A model generated the notes under the pieces. That model was not told where the DNA came from, ran no database searches, and worked only from the letters and a program-made list of their open reading frames with translations. A stretch of 64,000 bases of DNA, from the NCBI GenBank assembly GCA_040217195.1, contig JAVJNR010000007.1, positions 72,424 to 136,423 on the forward strand, read 5' to 3'. Within the stretch, counting starts at the first letter, position 1. Every line of letters starts with the position of its first letter. The DNA comes from Leptospiraceae bacterium. GTDB taxonomy: Bacteria; Spirochaetota; Leptospiria; Leptospirales; Leptonemataceae. The position numbers were made by a program, and so were the translations under genes. Below, in pieces: positions 39,802 through 49,556 of this stretch.

Positions 39802-40091
39802 TCTTATCCAGAGAGCAGGAGAAATAAATACCTCCTGCTCTCCAACATGGCGCAAACAATTCGAAAACAATTCTATCTCAAAGCTGGTTAGAATTAGTTA
39901 CCTTTAACTCGCCTCAATCCCTGCATCAAATACGCGAAACGAAGCGAAATGCAATTGCGATAAGCATACTGTCACTGACTCGGGCAAGTTACCATGGGCA
40001 GCCATAGATCCTGGATTCTTACAGACCATCGATCAATATAGACTTTCGCATCCCCGAAATCGATTCATCATTAATATTAGAAAAAAAGTCC

Positions 40092-40501
<410 letters not shown>

Positions 40502-40502
40502 A

Positions 40503-41099
40503 GTGAGTTTCCTAAAGACTACAGCCATTACCTTTGTACTGATCCTATTTTCTGCACCTGTACTCGCAGAGGAGCTGACGCAGCGATCGAATAGTCCTGA
40601 CATTATTCTTTCCAGTGGTCTCAGCGGAAAGACGCCTACAACTCGTGAAGGCTATTTCACTCTCAAATGGGAACTTCCGGAAGATTTTCAGTTAGTAGGG
40701 CCCGGCCAGGCCACCTCCCCGGACAGACTCGTTCTACTGGAGTCCACCCAACCGAATCTAGAAGATCCTGTGATTTTTCACGATGATCAGGATATGTCTG
40801 TAGCGATGAGTGGTAAGACCGATGGAGATCTATATTATCGGATTTTTCTTCTTCGCAAGGGGGATTCGCTAAATCAGGGTGGTGCAACCGCTTCTAATTG
40901 GAGCGCAGACGTTAACCGGGCTCTTTCGCAGTATGAAGGTTACACTTTAATCAGTGCATCGAACACCTACCATGTAAAGGTAGAACACTATTCCCTCCAG
41001 ACGGCTTTTCTTTATTTTGGAATTGGAGCCTTCCTGTTTATCATCACAACTGCAGTGATCATTGTGGGCACTTATAAAAACAAAGAGGAGGAGCAATGA
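40503..41099 (+). CDS. Hypothetical exported protein with C-terminal TM anchor
   Basis: Signal peptide (VLA-EE), beta-rich FN3-like pattern (L.W...G..DG..YYR), C-terminal TM; tightly spaced with both neighbours. Confidence 0.7.
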   Translation: MSFLKTTAITFVLILFSAPVLAEELTQRSNSPDIILSSGLSGKTPTTREGYFTLKWELPEDFQLVGPGQATSPDRLVLLESTQPNLEDPVIFHDDQDMSVAMSGKTDGDLYYRIFLLRKGDSLNQGGATASNWSADVNRALSQYEGYTLISASNTYHVKVEHYSLQTAFLYFGIGAFLFIITTAVIIVGTYKNKEEEQ

Positions 41100-42517
41100 C
41101 CCCGGCTCTGGATCTACAGACAGCGGCTGTAGTGCTCTTGATTTTTAGTATTGTCTGGGTAGCTCTGGGCTACTTCTGGGGCCGAGGAAACTCTGGCCTG
41201 GATGATCATATGCTGGCAGGTCGGAAAGTAGGCCTCTCGCTGGCGGCCTGCACCGCCATGGCAACCTGGGTAACCACCAATACAACCATGGTAGCCCCGC
41301 AGCTGGCATTGCAGATGGGGATCTGGGGAATGCTGGGATATTCCCTGGGTTCCGTGGGTCTTTTATTGTTTGCACCCATGTCTTCGCGCATCCGTCAGCT
41401 AATGCCCACGGGCTATACCAGCGGTGATTTTTTTCGTCTTCGGTTTGGGCCCACTGGATGGAGAATCTTTCTGGTCATCAGCCTGGCCTATAGTATGTTC
41501 TTTCTAGTCAGCCTGGGCATGGGCGGCGGCATCCTGATCGAGTCTCTTTCCGGTATTCCCTATCGCATTGGAATGAGTGTGATTCTTTTAATCTGTGTTC
41601 TATACACCATGCTCGGGGGGCTCAAGGCAGTCATCGGAACAGACTTCATTCAGACAGTGGTCATACTTACCGGTATGGTGGCAGTAGGCGCCATGGTAAT
41701 TATGAGCCCCGGGCTGGACACAATTCACAGCGAAGTGATGGAGCGCAGACCTCAGCTGATGAATCTACTTCTGCCAGCCAGTATAATGTTCCTCTTTAAC
41801 AATCTGCTATTTGGTATGGGAGAAATTTTTCATTCCAACATCTGGTGGAGCCGGGCTTTCGCATTTGGCAAAGGTGTGGGATTCAAAGCTTATTTGCTGG
41901 CCGGACTCTTCTGGGCCCCGGTACCGATTGCAGCAGGCTTTATTGCTCTGGCATCGGTGGCTATGGACATAAACATACCTCAGCCAGATCAGGTAGGCCC
42001 CATGGTAGCCGCTGCCCTTCTGGGAAAGACCGGAGCCATTTTGATTTTCATTATTATTTTCTCTGCCCTGGCTTCCAGCCTGGATTCTCTTCTGGCTGCC
42101 ACCAGTGATCTACTACTGGAAGATGTTTACAAAAGACATTTGAAGCCTCGGGCTACCAAGCAACAAATGCGCCGAGCAGCCAGCTACGTCACGCTTATAC
42201 TAGGAATAACTACCTGGGCCATCTGTTTACCCAGAGTTACGAACCTGGTGCAAATGCTCCATGCCAGTGGCGCGCTGGTGGCCTCAACTATATGGCCCAT
42301 TGTTGCAGGGCTTTACTGGAAAAAGACCAATCGCATAGGAGCTTCTCTGGCTATGCTTCTGGGTAGTGCAACAGGGCTTATAAGCTATTTCATGGTAGGT
42401 TTTTATGTAGCCGCTCTCACCGGAGCACTCGTTTCCTTTCTCATAACCGTAGGATCTACGTTGATATGGCCGCAACAGTTTTCCTGGAATCAGTTGGCCG
42501 AGGCATCCGAGGAGTAG
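41096..42517 (+). CDS. Sodium:solute symporter, urea-transporter (DUR3)-like
   Basis: About 13 TMs; AGR..G, ATW, YT..GGL.AV..TDF.Q, S.LDS.L.A.S. Confidence 0.88.
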   Translation: MTPALDLQTAAVVLLIFSIVWVALGYFWGRGNSGLDDHMLAGRKVGLSLAACTAMATWVTTNTTMVAPQLALQMGIWGMLGYSLGSVGLLLFAPMSSRIRQLMPTGYTSGDFFRLRFGPTGWRIFLVISLAYSMFFLVSLGMGGGILIESLSGIPYRIGMSVILLICVLYTMLGGLKAVIGTDFIQTVVILTGMVAVGAMVIMSPGLDTIHSEVMERRPQLMNLLLPASIMFLFNNLLFGMGEIFHSNIWWSRAFAFGKGVGFKAYLLAGLFWAPVPIAAGFIALASVAMDINIPQPDQVGPMVAAALLGKTGAILIFIIIFSALASSLDSLLAATSDLLLEDVYKRHLKPRATKQQMRRAASYVTLILGITTWAICLPRVTNLVQMLHASGALVASTIWPIVAGLYWKKTNRIGASLAMLLGSATGLISYFMVGFYVAALTGALVSFLITVGSTLIWPQQFSWNQLAEASEE

Positions 42518-42522
42518 AGATC

Positions 42523-42645
42523 ATGTATTTATCGTTAACACTTTTTGAGATTCTGGTCTATGGTTCGCTGGCCCTCTGCGCACTTGCTCCGGTGGTCATG
42601 CTAATTCTTCTGGTAATAGACTTCATAAAGAAGCGAATCTGGTAG
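42523..42645 (+). CDS. Unannotated 40-aa single-TM membrane peptide
   Basis: MYLSLTLFEILVYGSLALCALAPVVMLILLVIDFIKKRIW; GAGGAG SD overlapping the symporter end; below the ORF-track size cut-off. Confidence 0.7.
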   Translation: MYLSLTLFEILVYGSLALCALAPVVMLILLVIDFIKKRIW

Positions 42646-42907
42646 ATACGTAACCGTCCTTCACTCAAAGTTTTGTACTTTTTTTGATGCATCTCTGAAG
42701 GCTTATTATTCTGTGTAATGGTATTCTTTGCGCAGATTACAGTCCCTGTCGTATTCTCTGAAGAATGAACACGGAATTTAAGTCTGAAATTGTTATTTCA
42801 GGCTCCGGGCCATCGAAAGCATTTGAAGAGTTCAACTGTTACCGTGGAACATTGAATGTCTCTGTCCAGGCTGAGAAGTTCCCTGCGCAAATGCATTAAA
42901 GGTAATC

Positions 42908-44008
42908 ATGTTCAATCAAGACAAAATCCATCCACTACTAAAGCAGGCTGTTGTAAGTCGAGATGGGATTCGAGGCATTGAAAGGCCTAAAACCCTGATG
43001 GAAGCGGTGACAGAGGATGCTGAACCATTGCGGTCTCTGGCAGGAATGCACGTTGTGTCTGCCCGACAATTTGATCGCAAGAAAATACTGCAGCTCAGTC
43101 GGCTGGCAGCCTCCTACGAAACACAGCCAGATCTTATTCATCCGCCGCTACGTGGTAAAATACTTGTAAGTGCTTTCTACGAACCCAGCACCCGAACCAG
43201 ACTTTCTTTCGAAAGTGCATGGCATCGTCTTGGCGGTGACATCATGTCCATCACCGATCCAAATACCACTGGAATAGCCAAAGGCGAAAGCCTTGCAGAT
43301 GTGGGGGAAATGTTCAACAACTACGGGGATGTAGTAGTGCTACGGGACAGCAATGAAGACTCAGTGTACGCGATGCTGGACTCTCTTCGCATTCCTATCA
43401 TTAATGCTGGAAACGGAATAGACGAACACCCCACCCAGGCGCTTGCAGATATTTATGCCATTTTGAAATGGAGGCCCGAGTTCGGAACCGGTATAGCTTC
43501 GGAAAAGGATAAAGTAACGATTGGTATCATCGGAACACCCAACCGAATGCGAACAGTTAGAAGCTTACTGTTACTGCTCTCTCTTTTTTCAGATTCTATA
43601 CGCAAAGTCTACGTAGTAAACCCGGCCGATGATGTGCTGGATGACGACCAGGCCGAGGAACTGGCAGAAGCCGGGCTCCGACTGGAAGTTGTACACAAAT
43701 TCCGGGATATACTTCCAGAAATTGACGTAATATACATTAACTCCATTGCCTGGGTCGGGGACAGTTACGAAACTCTTACTGGGGATATTAAGCTTACAAG
43801 CAAATCAAATCTGAAACCCGGGGCCATCATTCTACATCCTCTGGCTCGCGGAGAGGAGCTAGACGAATCCCTGGATTCTACTCAGCATAACTGGTATTTT
43901 TCTCAGGCACGGGGTGCTGTATTTATCCGTATGGCCCTGTTAACTTGCCTGGTGCATAGAATCAATCTTGTGGTGGATTCGCCGGTGGATCAGCCTGAGG
44001 GCAATTAG
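42908..44008 (+). CDS. Aspartate-carbamoyltransferase-like transcarbamylase (pseudo-ATCase), substrate unknown
   Basis: FYEPSTRTRLSFE, KGES, INAGNG..EHPTQ, HPLAR; the R.Q aspartate motif is replaced by NSIAW. Confidence 0.85.
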   Translation: MFNQDKIHPLLKQAVVSRDGIRGIERPKTLMEAVTEDAEPLRSLAGMHVVSARQFDRKKILQLSRLAASYETQPDLIHPPLRGKILVSAFYEPSTRTRLSFESAWHRLGGDIMSITDPNTTGIAKGESLADVGEMFNNYGDVVVLRDSNEDSVYAMLDSLRIPIINAGNGIDEHPTQALADIYAILKWRPEFGTGIASEKDKVTIGIIGTPNRMRTVRSLLLLLSLFSDSIRKVYVVNPADDVLDDDQAEELAEAGLRLEVVHKFRDILPEIDVIYINSIAWVGDSYETLTGDIKLTSKSNLKPGAIILHPLARGEELDESLDSTQHNWYFSQARGAVFIRMALLTCLVHRINLVVDSPVDQPEGN

Positions 44009-44048
44009 GCAGGTCTGCGAATATCGACCATACCGATGAGGGAATACA

Positions 44049-45296
44049 ATGACTGTAGCAACTGAGTTAAAAATCAACTTTGACCGACTTCGAAACAACA
44101 TAAATGAAATTTCGCAGATCGGTAGATCACAGGATCATGGAATCTACCGACAGGCATTCACAGAGAATGATCTTCAGGCCAGAAACTGGCTTTCTGCGAA
44201 AATGGAAGAGGCCGGGTTAGAAATAGATGTGGACGGCGCTGCAAACATTCACGGTTACCTGGGTGATCGAAGTAAGCCCAGCGTAGTCATTGGATCTCAT
44301 ATTGATTCTGTGCCGGCAGCCGGTCCACTGGATGGCACCCTTGGTGTGCTTACAGGTCTGGAATGCCTGCAGCGTCTCAAAGAGGAAGGCGTAGCCCTGG
44401 ATTATCCTCTGGAACTGGTATCTTTCAGCGATGAAGAAGGACGCTTCGGTGGATTGCTGGGATCTCAATCCTTTGTTGGCGACATCAACCCGCAAAAGAT
44501 TCACCAATCCAAGGATTTAAATGGAGTATCTTTGACAGATGCTATGAAGGCCTGCGGCTACGAAGCTATCAAGGCCCTGGATGCCCGTCGAAACCCTCGA
44601 TCTGTCCGGTCCTACCTGGAACTGCACATCGAGCAGGGCCCGGTGCTCGATAGTATGGATGTTCCCATCGGAGTTGTAAGTCATATTACTGGGCTTTTTA
44701 AATGGTCCATTCGCTTCATAGGCCGCCCGGATCATGCAGGCACCACACCAATGAACATGCGGGCCGATGCACTGGCTGGTCTGGCAGAGTTCTCAATGGA
44801 GATACCTCGCGTTCTGGAAGAAATTGGAACGGATCGCAGCGTAGCAACCATCGGTAAGGTAGATCTATTTCCAGGGACGGCAAATACAGTCCCAGGACAG
44901 GTCGAATTCTCCCTGGATTGCCGCGACACAGATTCCCAGACCCTACAGGATTTAATGACCGCATTTCGAAAAGCTCTATCTGCCATTGCAAGACGACGGG
45001 ACTTGATGTTCGAATTCGATGTCCTCAGCGAAGTAGATCCGGTTGCTTGCGATGATAATATTCAAAACATGATTCGAAATGCTGCCAGTCAAATACAGGC
45101 TCAGACTCATGTAATGCCCAGCGGAGCAGCCCACGATGCTCAGATAGTGGCCCGTATTGCCCCGGTGGGAATGATATTTGTTCCAAGTAAAGCCGGTCGA
45201 AGTCATTCCTCTGCAGAGTGGACCGACTGGGAAGACATCGAAACCGGAGCGAATGTAGCTTTGCATACCCTGATGCAAATGGCCAGCGATGCCTGA
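44049..45296 (+). CDS. M20-family N-carbamoyl-L-amino acid amidohydrolase (AllC/HyuC/PydC-like)
   Basis: GSHIDSVP, DG..GV, DEEG.RF, ELHIEQGP, HAGTTPM, SGAAHDA. Confidence 0.92.
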   Translation: MTVATELKINFDRLRNNINEISQIGRSQDHGIYRQAFTENDLQARNWLSAKMEEAGLEIDVDGAANIHGYLGDRSKPSVVIGSHIDSVPAAGPLDGTLGVLTGLECLQRLKEEGVALDYPLELVSFSDEEGRFGGLLGSQSFVGDINPQKIHQSKDLNGVSLTDAMKACGYEAIKALDARRNPRSVRSYLELHIEQGPVLDSMDVPIGVVSHITGLFKWSIRFIGRPDHAGTTPMNMRADALAGLAEFSMEIPRVLEEIGTDRSVATIGKVDLFPGTANTVPGQVEFSLDCRDTDSQTLQDLMTAFRKALSAIARRRDLMFEFDVLSEVDPVACDDNIQNMIRNAASQIQAQTHVMPSGAAHDAQIVARIAPVGMIFVPSKAGRSHSSAEWTDWEDIETGANVALHTLMQMASDA

Positions 45297-45320
45297 TCAG
45301 GTTTTTACCAAAGAAGAATT

Positions 45321-46094
45321 ATGACGAAACATACTCACGAATCAACAAATGAACAGCTGGAAGAAGTCATCCAGGACCTGGATCCAGAATACATTGATGT
45401 AGATCCGCTCAAAAAGAGCTACACTCAGTCCATCATTCAAAACGAGGAGCGTTATGAATCTCTACAGCAGCATAACACTGCCTTGATGGTAATCGATATG
45501 CAATATCTGGATGCGGCCCAGGGATATGGAGTATTCTCCGATCCAGCAAAAAGCGGAGTGGCGCCAGAAGCACAGGAATATTACTTCTCAACATTGGAAA
45601 ACATTGTCATTCCTAACGTACAGAGATTGCTTCGCACTTTTCGCTCAAGAGGATTTGAAATAATCCATACAAGGATCATGTCCCTTACGAAAGATGGTCG
45701 TGATCGAAGTCCGGGCCACAAAAGGCTAAAGCTTCATGCCGCACCAGGGTCCAAGGAAGCGGAATTCCTGGATGAAGTAAAACCAGAAGGCGATGAGATC
45801 GTTCTTAATAAAACTGCAAGTGGCTGCTTCACATCCACGAATATCAATTATCTTTTGAAGAATCTGGATATTCATGGTCTTTTTGTTACTGGTGTATACA
45901 CCAATGAATGTGTTTCTACAACGGTTAGAGATGCAAGCGACCTGGGGTACCTGGTTACCTTGATCAGCGATGCCTGTACCACAGTAACCCAGGAATTGCA
46001 GGATTCTACAGTATTCACTTTGCAGGATCGCTACGCACGAGTCATAGATACAGATACGGCCATTCAGGAAATTGAGCAATACGCTTCCAGGTAG
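45321..46094 (+). CDS. Cysteine hydrolase (isochorismatase-like amidase)
   Basis: Asp-Lys-Cys triad: VIDMQ, LNKTASG.F, GVYTNECV. Confidence 0.9.
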   Translation: MTKHTHESTNEQLEEVIQDLDPEYIDVDPLKKSYTQSIIQNEERYESLQQHNTALMVIDMQYLDAAQGYGVFSDPAKSGVAPEAQEYYFSTLENIVIPNVQRLLRTFRSRGFEIIHTRIMSLTKDGRDRSPGHKRLKLHAAPGSKEAEFLDEVKPEGDEIVLNKTASGCFTSTNINYLLKNLDIHGLFVTGVYTNECVSTTVRDASDLGYLVTLISDACTTVTQELQDSTVFTLQDRYARVIDTDTAIQEIEQYASR

Positions 46095-46212
46095 GCCACA
46101 GGCTCATTGCTACTTAGAACAGGATGCACTTTACCATAGGATATCCTGAGTCAGGACCGCCAGGTCCTCCAGCATCCAGTACTCAGGGATGCAATAAAAT
46201 TAGGAGAATATT

Positions 46213-48240
46213 ATGTGTGGAATTTCGGGAATCATGAATCTGGACCCGGCAAGGCCAATAAGCCCGGCTACGCTTGTGAATATGGCTGCCATCCAGTACC
46301 ATCGCGGTCCGGATGACTATGGCTGGAAAACTATAGAAGGTCGAGGCGTCGGTATGAGCCATGCCAGACTTTCAATCATTGATTTGCATGAATCAGGACG
46401 ACAGCCATTCTGGTCGGACGATGAAAATCTTCTGATGGCCCATAATGGTGAATTCTATGATTACAAACGAATTCGCACGGATCTCACAGCCCGAGGATAC
46501 AATTTTCGCACAAAGAGCGACTCCGAAATTGTAATGAACTTATATCCTGATAAAGGATTTGAACCGTTGCTGAAAGATCTTCGCGGTGAGTTTGGCTTTT
46601 CTTTATATGATAAGAAGCTGGACCGTCTGTACCTGGTTCGAGATCGATTCGGAATAAAGCCACTGTACTGGATAAACACAGGAAAATCGTTTGTCTTTGG
46701 CTCAGAAATAAAGTCCATCCTGGCCAATCCGGAGGTTCCCAGAGAGTTCTACGCAGAGGGTGTTTTTCATCAGTTGATGCAAACAATTGTTCCCGGCAGT
46801 ACTCCATTCAAAGGAATCAATCAGGTGAAACCCGGACATTATCTGATTGTAGAACGACGGGACGGAGCATTTCATATTCGAGAAACTGCTTACTGGGACA
46901 TGGATTTTCCAGAGCTGGGGCAGCGAAATGATGACGTACCCGAAGCAGAGACTATAGAAAAGATTCGCGAGCTTCTGATTGAAGCAGTACAACACAGATT
47001 GGAGGCCGATGTTCCTGTGGGCTGCTATCTGTCAGGAGGTATCGACTCCTGTTCCATCCTTGGCCTGGCCGCTGCTTCCAGGCAGGATGCAGTTAAGGCA
47101 TTTACCATTGGATTTGATAATGATTCGTACGATGAAAGCGCCATCGCTGTGGAAATGGCCCGCTCGGTAGGGGCAGATCAGGATATACTGGAACTGGAAG
47201 CAGATCATCTTTATGATCATTTTGTAAAGACTCACTGGCATACAGAACGCACGATCTATAATACCCTGGGCGTGGCCAAATATCTGATGAGCAAGCACGT
47301 TCATGAAGCTGGCTACAGAGTTGTTGTAACCGGAGAAGGATCGGATGAACTTTTTGCCGGATATCCTTCCTTTCGCAGGGACATGTTCCTGCATGGTCTG
47401 GATCATCTTCCGGAAAGAGAAAGACTTCATCTTCAGGCCAAACTGAATGAAAGCAACGCTCTGGTAAAAGGTAGTATGCTGGCTGCCGAAGAGGTTGTGA
47501 GCCCTGAACTGAATCGTATTTGCGGATTCACGCCTTCCTGCTTACAGCCCTGGCTGGCCTGCGCCCCTGAAATTCCTGGTCTGCTGGCACCGGATATTCG
47601 AGAGCAGATGAAGAATTACGATCCGGGAGCAGCCATAGCAGCCCAGATCAATCCAGATATGGTTCGAAACAGGCATCCCCTGGATGTGGCCCAGTATGTA
47701 TGGATCAAAACTATGCTGGAAGGACAGATACTCACCTGGGGTGGAGACCGGGTAGATATGGCCAACTCCATGGAAGCTCGACCTGCCTTTCTAGATCATC
47801 ATCTTGCAGAAGCGGCAGTATGGGTACCTCCAGCCCATAGAATCAAGGGCGATAAAGAAAAATACGTTCTCCGTGAAGCCATGAAGGGGGTGCTACCAAA
47901 GGTTCTCTACGAACGACAGAAGTTTGCATTCATGGCCCCTCCGGCGCATACCGACCCCAAGAAACTAAAGGCTCTAAAAGATATGGCCGCAGACTTCCTC
48001 TCGGACGAAGCAATCGAGAAGTCCGGCTTTCTAGACAAACAGGGGATCAAGACACTATTCGAAAGATATGAAAGCTCCTCGACACCAGCGCATGAATTGG
48101 TGCAGCTAGATGCACTTGTAAACCATGTAATCGGAATTCAGGTGCTGCATCACAACTTTGTGCAGCAGGATATTCCGCGAGTGGCCAGAGAAACAGCTAA
48201 TCGTCTGGGATGGCATGCACCGGAAAGTAGCGGTTCTTAG
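46213..48240 (+). CDS. AsnB-family glutamine-dependent amidotransferase
   Basis: N-terminal MCG (Ntn), HRGPD, RDRFGIKPL, LSGGIDS, GEGSDELFAGY, EARPAFLDH; AGGAG SD. Confidence 0.92.
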   Translation: MCGISGIMNLDPARPISPATLVNMAAIQYHRGPDDYGWKTIEGRGVGMSHARLSIIDLHESGRQPFWSDDENLLMAHNGEFYDYKRIRTDLTARGYNFRTKSDSEIVMNLYPDKGFEPLLKDLRGEFGFSLYDKKLDRLYLVRDRFGIKPLYWINTGKSFVFGSEIKSILANPEVPREFYAEGVFHQLMQTIVPGSTPFKGINQVKPGHYLIVERRDGAFHIRETAYWDMDFPELGQRNDDVPEAETIEKIRELLIEAVQHRLEADVPVGCYLSGGIDSCSILGLAAASRQDAVKAFTIGFDNDSYDESAIAVEMARSVGADQDILELEADHLYDHFVKTHWHTERTIYNTLGVAKYLMSKHVHEAGYRVVVTGEGSDELFAGYPSFRRDMFLHGLDHLPERERLHLQAKLNESNALVKGSMLAAEEVVSPELNRICGFTPSCLQPWLACAPEIPGLLAPDIREQMKNYDPGAAIAAQINPDMVRNRHPLDVAQYVWIKTMLEGQILTWGGDRVDMANSMEARPAFLDHHLAEAAVWVPPAHRIKGDKEKYVLREAMKGVLPKVLYERQKFAFMAPPAHTDPKKLKALKDMAADFLSDEAIEKSGFLDKQGIKTLFERYESSSTPAHELVQLDALVNHVIGIQVLHHNFVQQDIPRVARETANRLGWHAPESSGS

Positions 48241-48258
48241 TACAGTGGAGTGCAGGCC

Positions 48259-48345
48259 GCTGACTTTGATCGCTGCCTTCGATCGCTGGCTTCGATTGCT
48301 GTCTTCGATCGCTGACTTTGATTGCTGGCTTCGATCGCTGCCTTC
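48259..48345. repeat. 13-bp degenerate tandem repeat, about 6.7 copies (GCTGNCTTYGATY)
   Basis: Units start at 48259, 48272, 48285, 48298, 48311, 48324, 48337. Confidence 0.9.
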
Positions 48346-48383
48346 TCTGCTATTTCTCACTGGACTAGGTTTCGGTTTTGGAA

Positions 48384-49493
48384 TCAGAAATTTGCAACAA
48401 TGGCAAAAAAGGCACCGTGCAGTACGGTTTGACGGTCGCTTAGAGAAGAAGGCTCTGGATCAGTATAACTTGTAAGATAAGGGTCATTCCCGGGGAGGCG
48501 AAAGGTATCAAAGGATTCCTTAACTTCAAGAGTCAAAAAAGGAATCTGTCCGTAATAGCCAAACCTGAGTCCAATACCTGGTAGTAATTTGGCCACCAGC
48601 CCCATTTCCAGTCTGAACAGGAACCCTGTGAGTCGAGCATCCATAAAGGATATGTAATTCGCATTGGGCAGAGAAGCAGCAGTACTTGCTGCAATGGCCT
48701 GAGTTGCACTGCCAAGCGAAAAAGTGCTGAGTTTGATATTGCCCTGAACGTAATCCATATCCAGACGGCCGTACATGTTAAAGTAATCTCCCAGAACCCA
48801 GGCGTAACCACTGCGAAGGCTGTAGGTTTCAATGTCAAAGTTCAGCTGACCAGTTGAATAGCTTATAAGATTGTAATTATCCAGCGAGGCTTCGTTGCTG
48901 GAAGGGTTCGCGGCGATGCGAGCCACAGTCAAGAAGGATGGAGTTTTATAGAACAATTGCGAGTATGGTCCCCGACTGCGAATAGTTGTGTATGCAAAAG
49001 CGAACTCCCCGGAACCTTCCTGCGTAGTGTAATCGATGGGTCCATATCCCAGAGTAATTCCCGTGGTTCGTTCGGTGGTTTTCGCTTCATCGCGAAAGAA
49101 TGAATTGTCATTTCCATAGATCTGTCTTAGATAAGTAATCTGACTTGTTTGCGCATAATTAAAGCCAATAAAAACATCCGAATCCTCGAACCGACGACTG
49201 TATCGAAAACCGGGACTGATGGGAGCCTGCTCTCTTGAAGAAAGCTCATTGTATTTTACAATTTGGGTAGAGTAGATGCTGGTATTATTTCTAACCGAGT
49301 TGACCAGGGAGCTAGCATTCTCACCTGAGGAGCTGGATGCATCCGCTACATAAAGTTCAAGAAAATTCAAGTATAATCCGGCATTCGAATCGTCCTGTTC
49401 GCCAAGGATGTAGGCTCTGGCCTCCAGCTGTGGATACAACATCACAACTAGAAGAAGTGCGGAGAGCTTTTTTGCTTTCAGATTACTGCCCAT
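48384..49493 (-). CDS. Putative outer-membrane beta-barrel protein
   Basis: Signal peptide (ARA), amphipathic aromatic/Gly-rich strands, C-terminal Phe. Confidence 0.6.
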   Translation of the reverse strand: MGSNLKAKKLSALLLVVMLYPQLEARAYILGEQDDSNAGLYLNFLELYVADASSSSGENASSLVNSVRNNTSIYSTQIVKYNELSSREQAPISPGFRYSRRFEDSDVFIGFNYAQTSQITYLRQIYGNDNSFFRDEAKTTERTTGITLGYGPIDYTTQEGSGEFAFAYTTIRSRGPYSQLFYKTPSFLTVARIAANPSSNEASLDNYNLISYSTGQLNFDIETYSLRSGYAWVLGDYFNMYGRLDMDYVQGNIKLSTFSLGSATQAIAASTAASLPNANYISFMDARLTGFLFRLEMGLVAKLLPGIGLRFGYYGQIPFLTLEVKESFDTFRLPGNDPYLTSYTDPEPSSLSDRQTVLHGAFFAIVANF

Positions 49494-49556
49494 AAGCTCC
49501 TATGGGCAGAATCATATCCGGAAAATCAAGCGCACTTCTGGAAGCGTTTGCACAAA

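Noticed and set aside
48259..48345. Possible CRISPR array
   Set aside because: Head-to-tail 13-mers with no unique spacers and no cas genes
48158..48475. ORFs of 105 aa (+) and 84 aa (-) spanning the 13-bp repeat
   Set aside because: Open only because of the repeat; overlap real genes and lack RBS or motifs
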